Virus record (IMG/VR): IMGVR_UViG_3300032236_001859
Coordinates: 124,001-188,000 of that record
Direction: 5' to 3' (one strand)
Length of the DNA: 64,000 nucleotides
Shown: positions 55,227 to 64,000 of the stretch, one piece after another
How positions within the stretch are numbered: position 1 is the stretch's first letter
Layout: each line of letters starts with the position of its first letter
Program-made: the position numbers and the translations under genes
Notes under the pieces: generated by a model
Told to the model about the DNA's origin: nothing
Database searches by the model: none
The model's input: the letters and a program-made list of their open reading frames with translations, nothing else

Positions 55227-58200
55227 TCAGGCGTGCTGTAAGGTGCAGGCTCCACCGGCACATGCCATCTCGGGTTGCGCCCCCTTGGTACCATCGGTTT
55301 CCTCAACCATCAGGGAGTAATCGACATCGCGCCAGTTCCGGGATAGACGTTCCCAGAGATGGAGATTGTTGACTTCCTTGAGGCAATACGTCATCCGCTT
55401 CAGAGCAGCGACACGATCTGCATCGGGGGTAGATGTGGTCAGCAACGCTGGGTACTGGAAGTAATTTGTGGCGAACTGTACGGCCCTGCGGACCCAATCC
55501 TTCTTGAGTTCGTGGACATGCTCGTAGGCCTCACGGATGGCATCGGGTAGCGCGTTGGGATCCGCGGGATACGGAACTCCGTTGGCAAGAATCGAGGCTT
55601 CACCGAGCCCCATCACGGTATCGCATGCCAACCAGAGGTTGTTACCGAAGGCGTGGAGCCCATCGACGATGAGACCAGATGCAAAGAAGGCACCGCGGCC
55701 ATAGCGCTCCAGGATTTCACTCTCGGTACGGACCTCACAGAACGGGGCCTGGGGATAATCGAGATCCCCTGAGGTCCCCAGGATACTGACTCCCGTGAAG
55801 GACTCCCGGTGCTCGTAGATGTAACGTGCGGCGTCTTCCTCTTGGTTCTGACGAATCGTGATCGTGTTGGAGACATTGTGGTGCAGCCAGGGCTTCACAG
55901 CACGCTCGGGCACACTGCCAGCTGCAACCCAGTTGTCCTGGGTGAGCTTGACGTACTCGAGCTGCTTGAGCCCATTGACCTCACGCCGCGTCAGGGCTTC
56001 ATCGGAGGCCTCGATGCAGAACGTGATCACCGCGGTGTTCCCGTTGGGTTCCCACACCGAGCGTTCAACGGCATCGGGGTTGTGAACCTTGAAGTATTGG
56101 AAGGGGGCCTCGTTGACGTTGGCCTGGGCTCTGCGGAAGTACCGCTTGGCGTGTTGAGCATGGATCCCACTCGATGTCCCGAGAAGGCATGACGTTGATC
56201 CCGCGGGTTTAACACAGGTCGCCCGTGCCGTGGGCCGGATACCCAGCCGGGGTGCCAGATCAGCGTTGACATCGAGGATGAGCTTGGCGAGGTCACGCTG
56301 CCGCTGGGGATCAAAGGACTGCGAGGGGTTGTCCATCATCCCAGTCATGGAGACCCCGAGGAGGGCCTCACGTTTCGCGATACACTCGCTGACATTACCG
56401 AGGTAGTCGAACTTGGTATAGCCGGCCTGGAGAGTGCCCAGGATCGCCGCTGCGGTGCACGCACGTCCCCAGTCCTTATCGGTACGGCAGGCCTTGGCGT
56501 TGACTTCACAGAGATTACAAAAGCTCCACCCTGAGATCTCTACGTTTGCATATTCAACGACTTCTACGGAATGTTCCCCGTTGATCTCATCGAGATCTTT
56601 GTAGGAAATCGCTGGGTACATCCCGGTCTCCACGCAGTTCGAGACACTATGACCTCCTGTCCAGTAAGTGTGACTCTCATTGTCAACTGTGATATCATAC
56701 ACCTCCATATCACCAAGCGAAGTAACTGATCGAATAGCATAGGTATCCTGCGTGCGCCCTGAAATCCGTATGTCGCATGCAGCTGATAAGCGAGATACCT
56801 TGCTAGAGTGGATAAACCCTATCAGTTTTGCGAACTTACAACGGTCGACGCTGATATTGATGTCGTAGCTTTCTTTGCACTCATACACCCCATTACTAAA
56901 CTCGACGTCGTGCGCCCTGTTAGTAGTGAAATAGCTGCGAATACCGAGAGATGACAACGCAGTCTGTACATCATCTCGCAAACCAGGGCTACACGTCTTC
57001 AGCGTAACTCTATTAGCAACGACACTTCCATTTGCAGAGTACAGCCCACGTAAAACAGAACACAGGATATCCTGCCCAGATTGTAAAAACCGCTGTGGGA
57101 TCCTACGCGATGGGATGGTTGGCATGTCTTCTTGGGTGAGCAACGAGAAGTCTTGAACTTTGAACAGCCTGGTGCTCCCACCGTAACCCTCCCTGGATAC
57201 CCATGGCATACAGTTGAAAATCTCCTGATCGCCCGCACCTATGTTGAGGAGTAGACCTCCCCCAGCCTTGTGCCACGTGCCATCGCCAAGCAACAACCCA
57301 ACCATAATGTTTGCATCGTTATGCACAGGGGCTTCGCCGACATCCGCTGTAAGCACGTCTATAGATTCTGCCAACCCAACCTCGACCTTCTCCCCATGCT
57401 GCTCCACCCGATGATTAGCCGTACCTACAAATACACCTGCAGACGTGCGGTATTCCGATACCGGCTTTATTCCAGTGCTCCATTTCCTCAAAACACGAGT
57501 CCAGCCCTCGCGGCTCCAAATCACGCTACCTACATCGATATCTGCAAAAGTGCGCAAACCATCGGGGGTAAGAACAGTAGCACAGGCGGGTTGACAGGGG
57601 TTCACCATGAGCTCGGAGCTATCCGACCACACGAACCCGGGCTCCCCGTACTGGCGGCGTGCCAGCATGAAGATGTCATGGAAGGCTTCCCAAGTAGTCT
57701 CACCCCGGATCAACATCGCCGAGTTATTAGAACGCGCCCGCTGGGGGTTGTCCTGCATCCAGTTCCCAGTCTTCGCGTTCATCATTTCGGGGTCATCAAC
57801 ACTGAACAAGCAAATCGTGGCGCTACGACGAACCCCACCGGCGAGGACGGCATCCGAGGCGTGCATGATGATGTCGTAGACATCGATGGGGCGGAGGTGG
57901 CAGTCTTCACCATGGCACCGGGTCAACGCGGTATCAAGGACCCCACGAATCTTTTCCAGGGATGCCGAGAGAGGCCCAGGCCCTGGAGCCTTGCCTGCAC
58001 CCGTGCTCAGACTCGAGCCCTGGTTACGGATGCGCGAGTAATCAAAGCTGACATGGCTGCCGACATAATCGGAGAAGAACCCGGGGTGCTGGAAGGACAC
58101 CTTGGCATCATTGCCTGGTGCGGTTTCTTCGGCGAACTCTTGCATCCCGACACCCAGGCATCCATAGGAGGCCAGGAGAACACCGAGGGCATCAGCCCAG

Positions 58201-58637
58201 CCTTCAACACTGTCGGCAACCGTGAACACCTTGATCTGGTGTTTATCCACCGCGATTAACTTGGGCAGCTTGGCGACGTGGTGGCGTTGCACCGAGAACC
58301 CGGTGCCGCAACCACAGAGCAGAAGATATAGGCATTCCTGGAAGAACCGGGGGCGATCCGCATAGGATCCCGAACAATTGAACGCTCTGGCCTCTTTCCT
58401 CAAGATAGGGGAACCACCGAATTGAAGTGCTCTCTGGGAGCCCAGGACCAGGCCATCTTTCATGGCTTCCAGACAGAAACTCAACTCGGCTTCGATATCA
58501 AACCCTTTATATTTCGTGCGGTGCATTTCGATGACGCGTTCAAAACTCTCACTTGGTATTTCGCGTCGATTCAGTTCAGGTAAAAATCGTCCATAAGACG
58601 CCGCGAACTTGTATGCTGCTAGTGATTGCGTGGTCAT
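55227..58637 (-). CDS. nrdJ: Class II (adenosylcobalamin-dependent) ribonucleotide reductase, monomeric RTPR-like, intein-containing
   Basis: Start moved to MTTQSL (GGAG SD). GSQRALQFGG, FNCS, LLLCGCGTGFSV, LAGGVRRSA, NPQRARSNNS, GEPG, NP|CVE, FCNLCEVN, TCVKPAGSTS, HNVSNT; C-terminal redox pair ACAGGAC. Confidence 0.88.
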   Translation of the reverse strand: MTTQSLAAYKFAASYGRFLPELNRREIPSESFERVIEMHRTKYKGFDIEAELSFCLEAMKDGLVLGSQRALQFGGSPILRKEARAFNCSGSYADRPRFFQECLYLLLCGCGTGFSVQRHHVAKLPKLIAVDKHQIKVFTVADSVEGWADALGVLLASYGCLGVGMQEFAEETAPGNDAKVSFQHPGFFSDYVGSHVSFDYSRIRNQGSSLSTGAGKAPGPGPLSASLEKIRGVLDTALTRCHGEDCHLRPIDVYDIIMHASDAVLAGGVRRSATICLFSVDDPEMMNAKTGNWMQDNPQRARSNNSAMLIRGETTWEAFHDIFMLARRQYGEPGFVWSDSSELMVNPCQPACATVLTPDGLRTFADIDVGSVIWSREGWTRVLRKWSTGIKPVSEYRTSAGVFVGTANHRVEQHGEKVEVGLAESIDVLTADVGEAPVHNDANIMVGLLLGDGTWHKAGGGLLLNIGAGDQEIFNCMPWVSREGYGGSTRLFKVQDFSLLTQEDMPTIPSRRIPQRFLQSGQDILCSVLRGLYSANGSVVANRVTLKTCSPGLRDDVQTALSSLGIRSYFTTNRAHDVEFSNGVYECKESYDINISVDRCKFAKLIGFIHSSKVSRLSAACDIRISGRTQDTYAIRSVTSLGDMEVYDITVDNESHTYWTGGHSVSNCVETGMYPAISYKDLDEINGEHSVEVVEYANVEISGWSFCNLCEVNAKACRTDKDWGRACTAAAILGTLQAGYTKFDYLGNVSECIAKREALLGVSMTGMMDNPSQSFDPQRQRDLAKLILDVNADLAPRLGIRPTARATCVKPAGSTSCLLGTSSGIHAQHAKRYFRRAQANVNEAPFQYFKVHNPDAVERSVWEPNGNTAVITFCIEASDEALTRREVNGLKQLEYVKLTQDNWVAAGSVPERAVKPWLHHNVSNTITIRQNQEEDAARYIYEHRESFTGVSILGTSGDLDYPQAPFCEVRTESEILERYGRGAFFASGLIVDGLHAFGNNLWLACDTVMGLGEASILANGVPYPADPNALPDAIREAYEHVHELKKDWVRRAVQFATNYFQYPALLTTSTPDADRVAALKRMTYCLKEVNNLHLWERLSRNWRDVDYSLMVEETDGTKGAQPEMACAGGACTLQHA
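56637..57596 (-). mobile_element. Intein (320 aa) with LAGLIDADG endonuclease in RNR
   Basis: Begins CQPACATVLTPDG, has block B GTANH, LAGLIDADG blocks VGLLLGDG and LRGLYSANG, and ends VYDITVDNESHTYWTGGHSVSN followed by Cys. Removal restores VNP-CVE. Confidence 0.93.
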
Positions 58638-58724
58638 ATAACACTCCATGTAGTCGTTGGTTTTTGTGTCACAGGGGTTACATCCTGTGGGGGTTTACTC
58701 TCAGTCAAGTCCGTTGGTGTCCGC

Positions 58725-59009
58725 CTAGGTGCGACGCCGGGTGGGTTGAGTTGCCGCGCGTTCTGTTTCCAGAATGGCTACGCGTGTTTTCAAGTCTTCC
58801 ACTGAATTGAGCAGATCAACACAGAGATCAAGGAAGGGTGCAGTCTCCTTGAGTTTCTTTTTAATCGGAGTAGACGTCGACGGTGCACCCGGAGCCCGGG
58901 TTGCCGGAGTCTTCCTGGCACCGACGCCGCTACTGGCGACCATGCGATCGGTGTGTGGTTTGTACTCCGTGGGCTTCCGCCGCGGAGTCTGACTAATCTT
59001 TTTTTTCAT
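58725..59009 (-). CDS. Small basic protein with C-terminal coiled coil
   Basis: 94 aa; K/R/P-rich N-terminus; LLNSVEDLKTRVAILE. Confidence 0.65.
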   Translation of the reverse strand: MKKKISQTPRRKPTEYKPHTDRMVASSGVGARKTPATRAPGAPSTSTPIKKKLKETAPFLDLCVDLLNSVEDLKTRVAILETERAATQPTRRRT

Positions 59010-59012
59010 TGA

Positions 59013-59207
59013 TCACCCGACGGCGGCCAGCGCAGCAGTAAAGGCTACTCGCGGGAATCTCACCGTGGCGGCATCGAGGCCTCGAAAGCGCACATTCACA
59101 AAGTTGGAATCGTCTGCGGGGGCGTACCAAGTGATCTTAGTTAGATCATAGGCGGGGCCGTTGGCCCCATTGGGATACCAGATTTGTGGGGATGTGACAA
59201 GCGCCAT
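59013..59207 (-). CDS. Small protein, copy of a repeated ~55-aa domain
   Basis: 64 aa; AAGG SD; GPAYDL...VNVRFR...VRFPRVAFTAAL. Confidence 0.7.
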   Translation of the reverse strand: MALVTSPQIWYPNGANGPAYDLTKITWYAPADDSNFVNVRFRGLDAATVRFPRVAFTAALAAVG

Positions 59208-59279
59208 ATAATTACCTTGATATTATCGGGGTCAAAGATGGCTGGATTCTGGCAGGGCTTCCCGGGGTGCAAGTCGGGC

Positions 59280-59474
59280 TCAGAACCCTGACCCCGCAGC
59301 GGCATCCCTTGCCGCTGCCCAGGCCACGGCATCAAAGGTGACCAGGACATTTGGTTGTGAGGCAAATCTGACTACGACTTTGTCGGTGCCATACGGCATC
59401 CACATAATGGCTTCTCGCACGTTATACGTGGAACCACCGACAACAGGGGTAAAGAAATTATCTGTGAAAGCCAT
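59280..59474 (-). CDS. Small protein, copy of a repeated ~55-aa domain
   Basis: 64 aa; TAATG overlap with the upstream gene; GGSTYNV...VVVRFA...VTFDAVAWAAAR. Confidence 0.7.
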   Translation of the reverse strand: MAFTDNFFTPVVGGSTYNVREAIMWMPYGTDKVVVRFASQPNVLVTFDAVAWAAARDAAAGSGF

Positions 59475-62400
59475 TATGACCTCGACTTCGACGCCTGCAT
59501 GGCGGTCTCAAAGGCGTTGAGATCAAACCCGACGTTGACATCTGCGGCATCGGCGAAGCGAACCAGCGCAGGGGTACTCCGGTTCCATGTCGCCACCCAA
59601 TCCAAGTTATAGTACACGCTACCACCACCGGGATTCCACCAGGGCATCCCAGATGGCAGCGCGGCCAGGAAAGTTGCACGCGCAATACGAATAGGCGGAT
59701 TCACTGCACACTGGGGGTCTTCCGCCATCGCAGAGGACGCCATCCAGACATCAACATAACCCAGGGCGGGGTAGTCGACATAGCGCTGAACAAAGATAAC
59801 ATTGAGTGTGGTCTGCCCCACGATTAGATCTGGCAACGCCGCAGCGATCGCTGGGCTTCCAAGTAAAGTAGGGCTACTTGATCTCGAGAAATCCCATTGG
59901 GTCAAGAAAGCGCTGCGACTCAGCGTTATAGGCGAATATGGGCTTCCGAAGAAAATCGCAGTAATGGTTTGTGTGTCATCTTTGAACGAGACAACCCAAC
60001 GGAGATCATAGACGGCACCACCACTGGTCTGGAGTTCGTGTGGGCTCCCAAAGATCACGTTGTGGTTGTCGCCTTTGTCCTTGATGCCACTACGCGCATA
60101 CACCGGGCTACCCGTGCTTGCATCACACCAGGCCACACCGAGTGAAGAATTACCCTTGATATAACTACTCGAGCTCGCACCAGACCTACTTACCAGATTC
60201 CACACACTCGCAGGCTGGAGATCTACACCTTCAATCTTGATCTGCCCGCCCCGCAAGGTGGCCCCTGCGAGATGCAGCAGTGCCGCCGATGTCAGGGTGA
60301 GCGCACCGTAGGCGTCGAGAACCCCGGCATTGAGGTCCACACTGGATCCCGCAAGCGCCGTGAAGGCCCCCGTGGTCAAGACGACATCATTGTATAGATC
60401 GAGAATCGTGCCGGCGCCAGAAACCAGAATGGAAGGGAATGCAGCGGGGAGCCCGCCGCTGACTTGAAACTGCTGGCGGACCCCACCAGTGAAATCAACT
60501 CTGGGGACCCCATTGGAGACCACGGTGACGTTAGCCCCAATTACGAGCTTCCCAGTGAACTTTGCTAGGGATACGCCTACACCAGTGTTGGGTGCAGCCG
60601 CGATGCCCCAGCGAGTTGTGCCCCCGGTACGCCCCAGGGTGACATCGCCATAAGTGATATCGACGACATCCGCGTTTCCGACTGGGTAATCAAATAAGTA
60701 ATCGCTACCAGCTCCGGCGACATACGTGTACGTGAAACTGGAGATATTGGCGACGACTCCTCCACGTGCCTGGATCTGAATGACTTTGTTGCCTGATGTC
60801 CGCTTGGCAATGAGACCTGCGATATTCACGGTGCCGGGACCAACGAACTGACAGTCAAGGTTCGCTGCGGAACCCGTGGATTCAACGGTGAGTCCACCTG
60901 CTAAGTTGACGCTCCCATTAAACGTGAGTCTGCATAGATTTGTCCATATACCCTTGAGAGTCATGGGCGCCGTGAAGACGTGGCCAGAAGGCACGGAATA
61001 AAGCGTGTTTCCGCTGGGCCCCTCTCGGAACTCAATTGGGCACGTGAACACAACTGCAGTGGGTGCCGGCAACGGAGTCGACTTCAGGGTGTCAAGGATC
61101 AATGTGGATGCCCCGGCTATCGTACTCGAATCACCCGATATTAACGTGGGATAGCTCGAGCCTCCACCGAGTAATCGTAGATTACCTGAGGCCAGCGTGA
61201 GTGTGACATTGGTACCCAAGGTAATACTAAGAAGATTCGTACCGGGGCCTGCCACTGTGATGGTCATCAGCTTCTCGGTACCGCCCATATTTAACACTGT
61301 GGAGTAGTTACATACCAACCGAGATGGGATCTTTTGAGAATCCGTAGCACTGAAGACTACTGTGGCCCCCACACAATCCACAGTCAGGATACCACCCCAG
61401 CTATTACTGACATCGGTCGCAGTAAACTTGGAAAGATCAAACGTGTAGTTGTCTCTGCGTAGTGTGACGTTCTGACTGGCGAGATTCAGGGTCAACCCAG
61501 TTTCAACAACCGTAAGTGTGAATGCCCAGACGAGCGCAGAATCAACGCGGAGACCGAGAACCTTGGAGCCCAGGGTGAGGTCTCCGGTACCGGTAGGGGA
61601 ATCGCCGCCGATGGCGAAGTAGTGGTTTGTGTTCAGACCGCTGGCCGTGAGCCCACCAGCAAACGTGTTGGCCCCGGTGACATGGAATCCATTGGCGGTA
61701 GCCAATGTGTTCGCAGTGGGCTGGGATACGCAAGACAGCCCTGCGGAGTACCCGATCTCGCTGCCAATGATGCCCGACAAGTTGACCCGGCATCCCGCAC
61801 TGATCGACATGATTCTGAACGTGCGAGTCCCCGCACCATTGAGCAGAGTTGTCGCACCGGTGAAATTCACCGTGCTCTGACCATTGACGTAGAGGTCAAC
61901 TGTACCCCCGACTTCAATGGCACCACTGAACGTGAAATTCGTATTGACCCCAGCCGGCATCGAGAGCGTGGAGGTCGTGTTCCCGATACCCAGGGCCATA
62001 TTGGTGGCAAAGGTTCGAGTGGTCCCCGCAGTGATATACCAGTTGAAATAGGAGCCCTCGTAGAGGGACATCTTTCCGGTTCCAAATGAATGTGTGGTCG
62101 TCGCCCCGGAATAACTCAGAGAGAGCTGGACCCCTGCTGCGACTATCGTGTTCCGGTGAGCCGGGAACGTCGTCGAGCTCGAATGGGTGTAGGTACCACC
62201 GTTGACATAGATGTCGTAGTTTCCAGTGACACTGCCTGTCGTGGTCAAGAACCCCGAACTCGTATTATCGATCGTAAAGTTTGTCTTGAGACGTAGCGGC
62301 GCCGAGATCGTAACAGTGTTTGAACCCGAGACCTGGTAGTAGCGTGAGATCGAGAGGTTACCCCCATTCGATGTCGCCAGGGTCTTCCCACCACTGGAGT

Positions 62401-62842
62401 CACTGGTGATAGTCAGGATCGTGGTATCCGCGTAAAACGTGAATACCTTGGTACCCGAGTTGGTGATATGAAGAGTGGTAATGACTTGTTCTGCGAAATT
62501 ATAGGTCGCCGTGGATTCGATGACCCAGCGCCCCGTGGCACCATTTAAGGTCATCTCGTTGGAGAGCGCCAGCGCGGTGACCCCTGAAGCCATGACAGCG
62601 AAATCAAATGTGGCCAGACTGAGGGTGCCCGTGTAGCCCGTGAACACAGCGGTATTCACGGTGAGGTTCGCACTCAACGTGCACGCCGCGTTGTGACCAG
62701 TACCACTGCCATCAAAACGGATGTCGTCGGCGGCTAGAGACCCCGCGGCAGCCGCAGTGGTCCCCCCGATGTCCGTGGTGTAGTTCTGACGCTTATTCGC
62801 GTCGGAGTCACCGACTTTGTTGTGCCAGTAAAGAGTGGCCAT
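59474..62842 (-). CDS. 1122-aa beta-helical fibre/adhesin-like protein with two C-terminal copies of the ~55-aa domain
   Basis: Begins MATLYW; T/S/G-rich beta-strand repeats including VTGANTFAGGLT; C-terminal GGAVYDL... and GGSVYYNL...VRFA...VGFDLNAF. Confidence 0.7.
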   Translation of the reverse strand: MATLYWHNKVGDSDANKRQNYTTDIGGTTAAAAGSLAADDIRFDGSGTGHNAACTLSANLTVNTAVFTGYTGTLSLATFDFAVMASGVTALALSNEMTLNGATGRWVIESTATYNFAEQVITTLHITNSGTKVFTFYADTTILTITSDSSGGKTLATSNGGNLSISRYYQVSGSNTVTISAPLRLKTNFTIDNTSSGFLTTTGSVTGNYDIYVNGGTYTHSSSTTFPAHRNTIVAAGVQLSLSYSGATTTHSFGTGKMSLYEGSYFNWYITAGTTRTFATNMALGIGNTTSTLSMPAGVNTNFTFSGAIEVGGTVDLYVNGQSTVNFTGATTLLNGAGTRTFRIMSISAGCRVNLSGIIGSEIGYSAGLSCVSQPTANTLATANGFHVTGANTFAGGLTASGLNTNHYFAIGGDSPTGTGDLTLGSKVLGLRVDSALVWAFTLTVVETGLTLNLASQNVTLRRDNYTFDLSKFTATDVSNSWGGILTVDCVGATVVFSATDSQKIPSRLVCNYSTVLNMGGTEKLMTITVAGPGTNLLSITLGTNVTLTLASGNLRLLGGGSSYPTLISGDSSTIAGASTLILDTLKSTPLPAPTAVVFTCPIEFREGPSGNTLYSVPSGHVFTAPMTLKGIWTNLCRLTFNGSVNLAGGLTVESTGSAANLDCQFVGPGTVNIAGLIAKRTSGNKVIQIQARGGVVANISSFTYTYVAGAGSDYLFDYPVGNADVVDITYGDVTLGRTGGTTRWGIAAAPNTGVGVSLAKFTGKLVIGANVTVVSNGVPRVDFTGGVRQQFQVSGGLPAAFPSILVSGAGTILDLYNDVVLTTGAFTALAGSSVDLNAGVLDAYGALTLTSAALLHLAGATLRGGQIKIEGVDLQPASVWNLVSRSGASSSSYIKGNSSLGVAWCDASTGSPVYARSGIKDKGDNHNVIFGSPHELQTSGGAVYDLRWVVSFKDDTQTITAIFFGSPYSPITLSRSAFLTQWDFSRSSSPTLLGSPAIAAALPDLIVGQTTLNVIFVQRYVDYPALGYVDVWMASSAMAEDPQCAVNPPIRIARATFLAALPSGMPWWNPGGGSVYYNLDWVATWNRSTPALVRFADAADVNVGFDLNAFETAMQASKSRS

Positions 62843-62852
62843 TGTGCTGGCC

Positions 62853-63479
62853 TCAGAACTTGATCAGACCGGTATGGTACCCGTAGGACTTCGAGGTGTA
62901 GTCTCCAAAGCAGCAGAGATGGAAGGCGGTGAGACTATCGAGGGCATCGGTCCAATCCGACTTCAGCCGCCCGGTTACATCCTCGGTGCCCCCAGATGGA
63001 ATGCTTTGGATCCAGGACAACAACTTGATGTTGATCTCGGAGCTCAGGTAATAGGCGTCCTGGCTCAAGGTGACCACTGCGCGTGCAATGGAAAGGGCTT
63101 GGGAATTGATCTCATTGGCTGGTGTTGAATTACCGGCATCCATCCAAACCGCGCATGTCGTGGCTACTGCTGACTTCGAGGTCTTGGGATCCACTGCTGC
63201 AATGGTGGGTGCGGAATCATTGTTGACGGAATAGAGACGCCAGAGATCGGTGCCCAACTTGTACCATTGATCCACGGTGCGGCCGTCGCCACGCCAGTTC
63301 TCATAACGCGCCGGGCGCACCCCAGGGGCGACACCAAGCGCGGGAGTCATGTCGGCAAGCCAGACATCACGGAATACTCGCCCGATCTGGGCAAGCTCTT
63401 TCTGCAAGCGTAGGATATTGCGCGTGGTGTCCTGAATGCGGGATTCGGTTTCGCGTACCCGTGTTTCGATGATTGACAT
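62853..63479 (-). CDS. Hypothetical protein with N-terminal coiled coil
   Basis: 208 aa; AGGAG SD. Confidence 0.7.
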   Translation of the reverse strand: MSIIETRVRETESRIQDTTRNILRLQKELAQIGRVFRDVWLADMTPALGVAPGVRPARYENWRGDGRTVDQWYKLGTDLWRLYSVNNDSAPTIAAVDPKTSKSAVATTCAVWMDAGNSTPANEINSQALSIARAVVTLSQDAYYLSSEINIKLLSWIQSIPSGGTEDVTGRLKSDWTDALDSLTAFHLCCFGDYTSKSYGYHTGLIKF

Positions 63480-63535
63480 AATTGCGCTCCTATCGAGTCG
63501 AGAGCTTATGACCCCCTGGGCTTCAGCAAGGCCGC

Positions 63536-63988
63536 CTACTTGGTCAGCGCGGTGTCCACGAGGGCATCCATCAGGGAATCCCAGTCGGGGTACTTGATCA
63601 GGCTGGGTTCAATGCTGGGGCCTCCAGCGGTCAATGAGGACGCGGGATCCAGGGAGGCCATGAGATCGAGGCGGACACCCCTGACGTACTCGGCGAGGAA
63701 ATCGTATTTGTCGACGAGCTCGGCTTCGGCCTGGGCGAGTTCCCCGACGGCATACCAGGCGTGTCTGGCGTAACCCAGCCTGGCCTCGACGAGGAGGGCG
63801 CGTGCACTGCCGACGTGCTTGCGCGCACAGTCCAGGCATGTCGGCCTATTGGCGAGCTCAGACTTGATCTGCTCGATTCCAGCATCGAAGTCGACGGGGG
63901 CTGGCTTGACGCCGAACTCGACCTCCATGGTACGCGTGCGAAGCAGTGGGGTCGAGTCCTTGGTGGTGTCTGGATCGGTTTGCGACAT
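63536..63988 (-). CDS. Hypothetical protein with CxxC..KH motif
   Basis: 150 aa; AGGAG SD; CLDCARKH...GYARH suggests metal binding. Confidence 0.7.
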   Translation of the reverse strand: MSQTDPDTTKDSTPLLRTRTMEVEFGVKPAPVDFDAGIEQIKSELANRPTCLDCARKHVGSARALLVEARLGYARHAWYAVGELAQAEAELVDKYDFLAEYVRGVRLDLMASLDPASSLTAGGPSIEPSLIKYPDWDSLMDALVDTALTK

Positions 63989-64000
63989 GGGTGGGCTCCT

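Noticed and set aside
55190-55229. Selenocysteine recoding (SECIS) at the RNR UGA
   Set aside because: The hairpin apical loop is about 43 nt from the UGA, beyond the usual bacterial SECIS spacing, and the UGA follows the complete ACAGGAC C-terminus rather than replacing a catalytic Cys.
58600-58637. K-x-A motif YKFAAS near the RNR N-terminus (and LKVAG in the DUF2793 fibre)
   Set aside because: Isolated single occurrences consistent with chance; a reminder that the motif needs a statistical test.
58650-58724. Cobalamin riboswitch or sigma70 promoter upstream of nrdJ
   Set aside because: The gap is only about 75 nt, too short for a B12 riboswitch. TTGACT is present but has no well-spaced -10; only a 6-bp CACAGG/CCTGTG stem is seen.
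47-63885. Many long plus-strand ORFs (e.g. 47..610, 6969..8285, 13750..15096, 40080..41315)
   Set aside because: They are antisense to well-supported minus-strand genes, lack SD sites and motifs, and are expected shadows in GC-rich DNA.
1-64000. Alternative genetic code (stop reassignment), as in some large phages
   Set aside because: Genes are full-length and tightly coupled under code 11, and TAA, TAG (e.g. 656, 21031) and TGA all act as terminal stops.
1-64000. tRNA/rRNA genes
   Set aside because: Intergenic gaps are short, and none showed a cloverleaf or T-loop (GTTCGA) pattern by eye; tRNAscan-SE would be decisive.

Overview
A 64-kb segment of a large tailed dsDNA bacteriophage (Caudoviricetes, jumbo-phage-like), GC-rich with lower-GC islands. 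Essentially every credible gene is on the minus strand, tightly packed, with bacterial Shine-Dalgarno sites (AGGAG/AAGGA) and ATGA/TAATG overlaps; plus-strand ORFs look like antisense shadows. Contents: (i) a head module (HK97-type major capsid protein, decoration protein, scaffold-like protein, Zn-finger prohead protease, probable portal); (ii) a phage-encoded bacterial-type RNA polymerase, with beta fused to the N-terminal catalytic half of beta' (carrying a Ser1 LAGLIDADG intein) and the C-terminal half of beta' as a separate gene four ORFs downstream, both halves lacking the usual Zn-binding cysteines; (iii) two homing-endonuclease-like genes beside the capsid gene; (iv) three large fibre/adhesin genes, two resembling Verrucomicrobia/Planctomycetes autotransporter-associated beta-strand proteins; (v) a class II ribonucleotide reductase with an intein at the catalytic NP|C site; (vi) an XRE regulator and a spermidine-synthase-like enzyme. 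The most striking pattern is a recurrent K-x-A-(A/S) motif in about 20 head-region proteins. It sits at N-termini, between duplicated modules, and at the domain boundaries of multi-domain proteins (NUDIX / PCD-like+HAD / NUDIX-like; DUF5661). This suggests (inference) a virion polyprotein system in which the prohead protease releases enzymes and membrane-active peptides for injection. No tRNA, rRNA, CRISPR array or reverse transcriptase was seen. All family assignments come from motif recognition by eye, not database searches.
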